NCBI GenBank assembly: GCA_002722055.1
Contig: PBKD01000004.1
Span: 7,049 to 71,048, forward strand
DNA from: Rhodospirillaceae bacterium
Lineage (GTDB): Bacteria; Pseudomonadota; Alphaproteobacteria; SHVP01
DNA length: 64,000 nt
Direction: 5' to 3'
In this document: piece after piece, positions 60,588-64,000 of the stretch
How the letters are laid out: each line of letters starts with the position of its first letter
How positions within the stretch are numbered: position 1 is the first letter of the stretch
Notes under the pieces: model-generated
Databases searched by the model: none
Told to the model about the DNA's origin: nothing
What the model saw: only the letters and a program-made list of their open reading frames with translations
Made by a program: the position numbers and the translations under genes

Positions 60588-61558
60588 AGATTAAAATAAT
60601 CTCTATACCAATTAATAAATAATGGGACACCTTCTTCAATTTTTACTTTTGGGTAAAAATTAAGATCTTTTTTCGATTTTTCTATATCAGCCAAAGTATT
60701 TTTAACATCTCCTAACTGCATAGGCTCAAATTTTCTAATCGCTTTTTTACCTATATGCCTCTCGATTACTTCGATCAAACTTAATAATTTTTCAGGATTA
60801 TCATTGCCAAGATTATAAACTCTATGAGGGACTTTATCTTTTTTAGATGGACAATTATCTAACGCAGATATTGTTCCGGATACAATATCATCGATATAAG
60901 TAAAATCTCTGGACATATCACCATAATTAAAAATTTTGATTGGTTGCTCATTTAAAATTGATTTAGTAAACAAAAATAATGCCATGTCTGGTCTACCCCA
61001 AGGACCATAAACAGTAAAAAATCTAAGACCAACTTGATTTATTCCATATAAATGGCTGTAAGAGTAACTTAACAACTCGTCACTTCGTTTTGTTGCAGCA
61101 TATAACGAAACTGGTGTATCAACTTTATCATCTAAAGAAAATGGAGTTTTAGTATTACCACCATAGACAGAACTTGAACTAGCATAAACCAAATTATTTA
61201 AATTCTTTTTTGAACGTGCATATTCTAGTATATGCAGGTGCCCTACTAAATTTGATTTTACATAATCAAAGGGATTCGTTATTGAGTACCTAACACCAGC
61301 CTGAGCAGCTAAATGAATAATTCTATCAATATCATCAAATTTTTCTAGAGAGGTGAAAAAGCTTTTTGAATCTATATTTTCTTTTATAAATATAAATTTT
61401 TCAAATTTTGACAACCTATTTAAACGGCTTTTCTTTAACTCAACATCGTAATAATTATTCAAATTATCTAGACCAACAACATCTTCACCTCGCTCTAGTA
61501 ACTTTAAAGCAACATGGTTACCAATAAACCCAGCTACTCCAGTAATAAGAATAGTCAT
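60584..61558 (-). CDS. NAD-dependent sugar-nucleotide epimerase/dehydratase (UDP-glucuronate 4-epimerase-like extended SDR)
   Basis: 'ILITGVAGFIGNHVA' and 'YAATKRSDELL' (the YxxxK catalytic motif). Confidence 0.85.
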   Translation of the reverse strand: MTILITGVAGFIGNHVALKLLERGEDVVGLDNLNNYYDVELKKSRLNRLSKFEKFIFIKENIDSKSFFTSLEKFDDIDRIIHLAAQAGVRYSITNPFDYVKSNLVGHLHILEYARSKKNLNNLVYASSSSVYGGNTKTPFSLDDKVDTPVSLYAATKRSDELLSYSYSHLYGINQVGLRFFTVYGPWGRPDMALFLFTKSILNEQPIKIFNYGDMSRDFTYIDDIVSGTISALDNCPSKKDKVPHRVYNLGNDNPEKLLSLIEVIERHIGKKAIRKFEPMQLGDVKNTLADIEKSKKDLNFYPKVKIEEGVPLFINWYRDYFNL

Positions 61559-61664
61559 AATTGTACTCTCAAAAAAATTTCTATTATATTCAAGATAGCT
61601 ATAGTATATATTTTATACAAACAATTAATATAAAAAATTTTATAATTTAATTATAGAGGGCAGA

Positions 61665-62366
61665 GTGAATACCAGTAAGTGTTGTATTATTCTTGGAGCG
61701 GGACCATCAATAGGCCTCGCTACTGCAAAAAAGTTTGCATCTGAGGGATTCAATATCGCTCTTGCTTCTAGGAATATTAATAATTTAAATACTATTGCAA
61801 ATAATGAACAACTTTTAAATGTGAATGTTAAAACTTATGAGGTTGATGCCTCTAACGAAAGCCAAGTAATTAATTTTGTCTCTACCGCAGAAAGAGACCT
61901 TGGGCCAATAGAAATAGGCATATATAACCCAAGTAAATTTGTAAAAAAAAGTATTTTAGATTTAAGCGCTACCGAAATAGAAGAAGCATGGAAAGTCTCA
62001 TGCCTTGGAGGTTTTATATTTGGGAAAGAAATATCAAAAAAATTTTTATTAAGAAATAAAGGAACAATAATTTTTACTGGAGCAACAGCTGGAATGCGAG
62101 GAAGTAAAGATTTTGCAGCTTTTGCAATTGGTAAATTTGGACTTCGAGCTTTAGCTCAAAGTATGGCAAGAGAACTTCATCCTAAGGGTATTCATGTTCT
62201 CTGGGTGAATATCGACGGTGCAGTCAATAAAGAACTAAATGCGAATACTAAAGAAAATTTTTTAGACCCTAATGATATTGCAAGTTGTTACTTGCAACTT
62301 CATTATCAACCTAGAAGCGCTTGGTCTCATGAAGTGGAATTAAGACCATGGACGGAAAACTTTTAG
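61665..62366 (+). CDS. short-chain dehydrogenase/reductase (SDR)
   Basis: 'ILGAGPSIGLATAKKF' cofactor-binding motif and 'FAAFAIGKFGLRAL' (YxxxK-like). Confidence 0.75.
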   Translation: MNTSKCCIILGAGPSIGLATAKKFASEGFNIALASRNINNLNTIANNEQLLNVNVKTYEVDASNESQVINFVSTAERDLGPIEIGIYNPSKFVKKSILDLSATEIEEAWKVSCLGGFIFGKEISKKFLLRNKGTIIFTGATAGMRGSKDFAAFAIGKFGLRALAQSMARELHPKGIHVLWVNIDGAVNKELNANTKENFLDPNDIASCYLQLHYQPRSAWSHEVELRPWTENF

Positions 62367-62371
62367 AATAA

Positions 62372-62680
62372 TTATCCTCTTCTATTTTCAAATTCTTTTT
62401 GCTGTTCAGGAGAAGCTTCCTTTTGATATTTTAATTTCCATTCTGAGTAAGGCATTCCATAGACTATCTCTCTTGCTTGATCGTAACTTATATCTTTACC
62501 AATATTTTTTGCTTCACTCATATACCATTTAGACAGGCAATTTCTACAAAAGTCAGCTAGAAGCATCAATTCTATATTTTGAACCTCTTTATTATCATCT
62601 AAATGTTTCAAAAACCTTCTGAAAGTGGCTGCTTCTATTTTTATTATTTGATCATTATCTTCACTCATAATCGACCTCAA
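62372..62680 (-). CDS. DUF1244-family protein
   Basis: The 'FCRNCLSKWY' motif matches my recollection of the DUF1244 core. Confidence 0.45.
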   Translation of the reverse strand: MRSIMSEDNDQIIKIEAATFRRFLKHLDDNKEVQNIELMLLADFCRNCLSKWYMSEAKNIGKDISYDQAREIVYGMPYSEWKLKYQKEASPEQQKEFENRRG

Positions 62681-62735
62681 AAAATATTAATTTTATATAT
62701 AAGTGCAACGGACAATCTGACGAATGATGAATAGT

Positions 62736-62861
62736 TCAGCCTTGCCGTGCTTTAAAGCGGGGGTTTTTCTTGTTGATCACATAAATCCTACCTCTACGCC
62801 TAACCACTCTATTATCACGGTGACGTTTCTTTGCTGATTTTAATGACCTTAAAACCTTCAT
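62736..62861 (-). CDS. rpmJ: 50S ribosomal protein L36, type B (non-zinc, YkgO-like)
   Basis: The internal Met gives '[41 protein letters not shown]', which is near-identical in pattern to E. coli YkgO '[41 protein letters not shown]'. The 65-aa track ORF includes a spurious 24-aa leader. Confidence 0.7.
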   Translation of the reverse strand: MKVLRSLKSAKKRHRDNRVVRRRGRIYVINKKNPRFKARQG

Positions 62862-62992
62862 TATTTCTCTACTCTTTATAAATTGATTAGAACTTCGTAG
62901 AACCAACTTATGAAATCGATTAAATAATGTCAAGAATTAAGAATTTAGGCCAATGAATAATAGACATAAACGTATATATTATGAACATTTAT

Positions 62993-63358
62993 TTATGTTA
63001 AATTTATAAAATAAGGTTTATTAAAATCAAAAAGTTTAATTATATCAATGCCTTCTGAAAATTTTTCTATTTCAATTATCCAGATATCTAAGTCAATTTT
63101 TTTCTCTTTCGCAATAAACTCAATACTCTCTGAGACATCTAAAAAAACACCACTTCCAGCAGTTTGCCAACTAAAGTTGATATTTAGATCAAATTTTGAT
63201 CTATAAAATAATGATTTATTTACTCGATTTATTATACGTAAAAGAATTTCACCTCTTTCACTATCTCCCTTTTTTACTATAGAAATTGGAAGAAAATTCT
63301 GATCGGCAATCTTAATACAAGCATCAACTATAATCTCTGATTTAACCCTATTTACCAA
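62993..63358 (-). CDS. hypothetical protein
   Basis: ORF only. No motif recognised. Confidence 0.35.
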   Translation of the reverse strand: MVNRVKSEIIVDACIKIADQNFLPISIVKKGDSERGEILLRIINRVNKSLFYRSKFDLNINFSWQTAGSGVFLDVSESIEFIAKEKKIDLDIWIIEIEKFSEGIDIIKLFDFNKPYFINLT

Positions 63359-63453
63359 ATTATTCCTTTAATAAATATATATTTAATTAAGTCATATAAT
63401 TAATACGTTATTTACTATTTGTATATTATTTTTAACCTTTTTTGGATTTAATT

Positions 63454-64000
63454 ATGATGAATGAGCCCAGAAATACAGAAAAATTAATTAAGGAAATAAT
63501 AGCTAAAAAAGTATCTGAATTAGATTTGGACAATTTCAGTAAAAATTTTCCTAATTCATTACTAAATAAAAAAGCTAAATTGTTTCTATTTCAGCTTATT
63601 AAATCAATAAGATCTAGGTCAGCACTAGAGATCGGTACATACTTAGCTGGAACTACAAAGATTATTTCTGAAGCTTTAGGCAAAGATGGTTTCATTCTTA
63701 CAATAGAAGCAAATAAAAATAGGAATGAATTCATAAAAAAAGAAATATCAACTTGGGAAAAAGAATTCCAAAAAAATACAATGCCAGTAATCTCAACTTC
63801 AAATGACTTCTTTAACATTACTAAATTTAATGAAAAACTATGGTTTGATATAATCTTTATAGATGGAGACCACACTTATACAGGAGCATTAACTGATTTA
63901 ATTAATTCTTCAAGGTTTGCGTCTCCAGGAGGAATAATTATTGTAGATGATGCAGTTCAACCTCCAGTATTTAACGCTGTTAAAGATTTTCTTTATCTCA
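63454..64000 (+). CDS. class I SAM-dependent methyltransferase (O-methyltransferase/Methyltransf_24-like), 3'-truncated by the window end
   Basis: My own translation from the ATG at about 63454 gives '...ALEIGTYLAGTTKII...FDIIFIDGDHTYTGALTDL...GGIIIVDDAV'. The open frame runs to the end of the window and is absent from the ORF track because there is no stop. Confidence 0.6.
   Translation, partial: MMNEPRNTEKLIKEIIAKKVSELDLDNFSKNFPNSLLNKKAKLFLFQLIKSIRSRSALEIGTYLAGTTKIISEALGKDGFILTIEANKNRNEFIKKEISTWEKEFQKNTMPVISTSNDFFNITKFNEKLWFDIIFIDGDHTYTGALTDLINSSRFASPGGIIIVDDAVQPPVFNAVKDFLYL

Noticed and set aside
1-64000. tRNA/rRNA genes, CRISPR arrays, transposases/integrases, long direct repeats
   Set aside because: I scanned every spacer over 60 nt and saw no tRNA-like T-arm (GTTCGAATC-type) sequence, no repeat-spacer periodicity and no transposase-like ORF. 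The only repetitive signal is protein-level Lys-rich low complexity in tolA and in the OmpA-like gene.

Overview
The window is a strongly AT-rich, gene-dense stretch with very short intergenic spacers (0-200 nt) and many stop/start overlaps. Gene order is alphaproteobacterial, and the style is that of a streamlined Pelagibacterales (SAR11-like) chromosome. That taxonomic placement is an inference from composition and synteny, not a database hit. About 75 features are supportable.

Layout, left to right:
- 1-9.5 kb: a block of small hydrolase and oxidoreductase genes. These are a MaoC dehydratase, an amidase, an LLM flavin oxidoreductase, two alpha/beta hydrolases, a glycerophosphodiester phosphodiesterase (GDPD), a tyrosine phosphatase, threonine aldolase and an orphan JAMM/MPN protein.
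- 9.5-34.3 kb: core housekeeping genes. These are rluD, rpoH, purA, hisZ, serA-serC, thiD, glmM-folP-ftsH, tilS, one contiguous minus-strand run cpoB-pal-tolBARQ-ybgC-ruvBAC-yebC, a YmdB-like phosphoesterase, and zauP-zapA-[6S RNA candidate]-5-formyl-THF cyclo-ligase.
- 34.5-41 kb: a plus-strand central-carbon operon (tkt-gap-[122-aa ORF]-fba(class I)-thiE-efp-suhB). The pgk slot holds only a short, degenerate Pgk-like ORF.
- 41.1-44.4 kb: a three-gene stator-like module, which is the most interesting part of the window. It encodes a periplasmic OmpA-domain protein, a MotA/TolQ/ExbB-like channel with a coiled-coil tail, and a MotB-like TM-Asp protein with a very long coiled-coil and OmpA-like PG-binding domain. 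The organism is presumably non-flagellated and already has TolQR.
- 44.4-64 kb: an ABC exporter, rpmE, conserved alphaproteobacterial DUFs (DUF1192, a redoxin, DUF1013), an acyl-CoA synthetase, a stand-alone GGDEF cyclase, purEK, COQ9-like/def divergent from rpsU, pntAA-pntAB-pntB with an unlisted 41-aa cox-IV-like micro-ORF, pepF, two PaaI thioesterases, an epimerase, an SDR, DUF1244, type-B L36, and a truncated SAM methyltransferase at the window end.

No tRNA, rRNA, CRISPR array, transposase or integrase was seen.

The ORF track uses ATG/GTG/TTG starts and longest ORFs, so several 'overlaps' are artefacts. Coordinates that I derived by reading nucleotides myself rather than from the track may be off by about 1 nt.
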